From: Chrysomallon squamiferum
Taxonomy: Eukaryota; Animalia; Mollusca
DNA length: 64,000 nucleotides
NCBI GenBank assembly: GCA_012295275.1
Contig: CM022667.1
Coordinates: 4,650,001 to 4,714,000, forward strand
Direction: 5' to 3'
In this document: piece after piece, positions 63,989 through 64,000 of the stretch
Layout: every line of letters begins with the position of its first letter
Position numbering within the stretch: the first letter of the stretch is position 1
The notes under the pieces: generated by a model
Database searches by the model: none
Seen by the model: the letters and a program-made list of their open reading frames with translations, nothing else
What the model was told of the DNA's origin: nothing
Program-made: the position numbers and the translations under genes

Positions 63989-64000
63989 CTGAAACAGAAT

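Overview
AT-rich, intron-rich animal genomic DNA. It is a non-vertebrate bilaterian, probably a lophotrochozoan such as a mollusc; that assignment is inferred from composition and protein similarity only. I rebuilt seven protein-coding genes exon by exon, by hand: CENPT (+, 5' end outside the window), RBFA (-), TCF25 (+), FEN1 (-), DDX27 (+), a PSKH1-type kinase (-) and WDR89 (-, 5' end outside the window). RBFA/TCF25 and FEN1/DDX27 are head-to-head pairs with about 0.3 kb between start codons. The most unusual structure is a 2.4-kb tandem array in TCF25 intron 12 built from the 3' splice site plus the first 40 nt of exon 13. It places about 50 decoy acceptors before the real one, and most units look like in-frame 33/51-nt micro-exons. 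An older, decayed array of the same kind sits at the last acceptor of PSKH1. CENP-T carries a 12-aa repeat with alternating CDK and Aurora consensus sites. FEN1 has two homopolymer-associated lesions, most likely assembly errors. I found no supportable tRNA, rRNA, CRISPR array or autonomous transposon. All coordinates and counts are manual.
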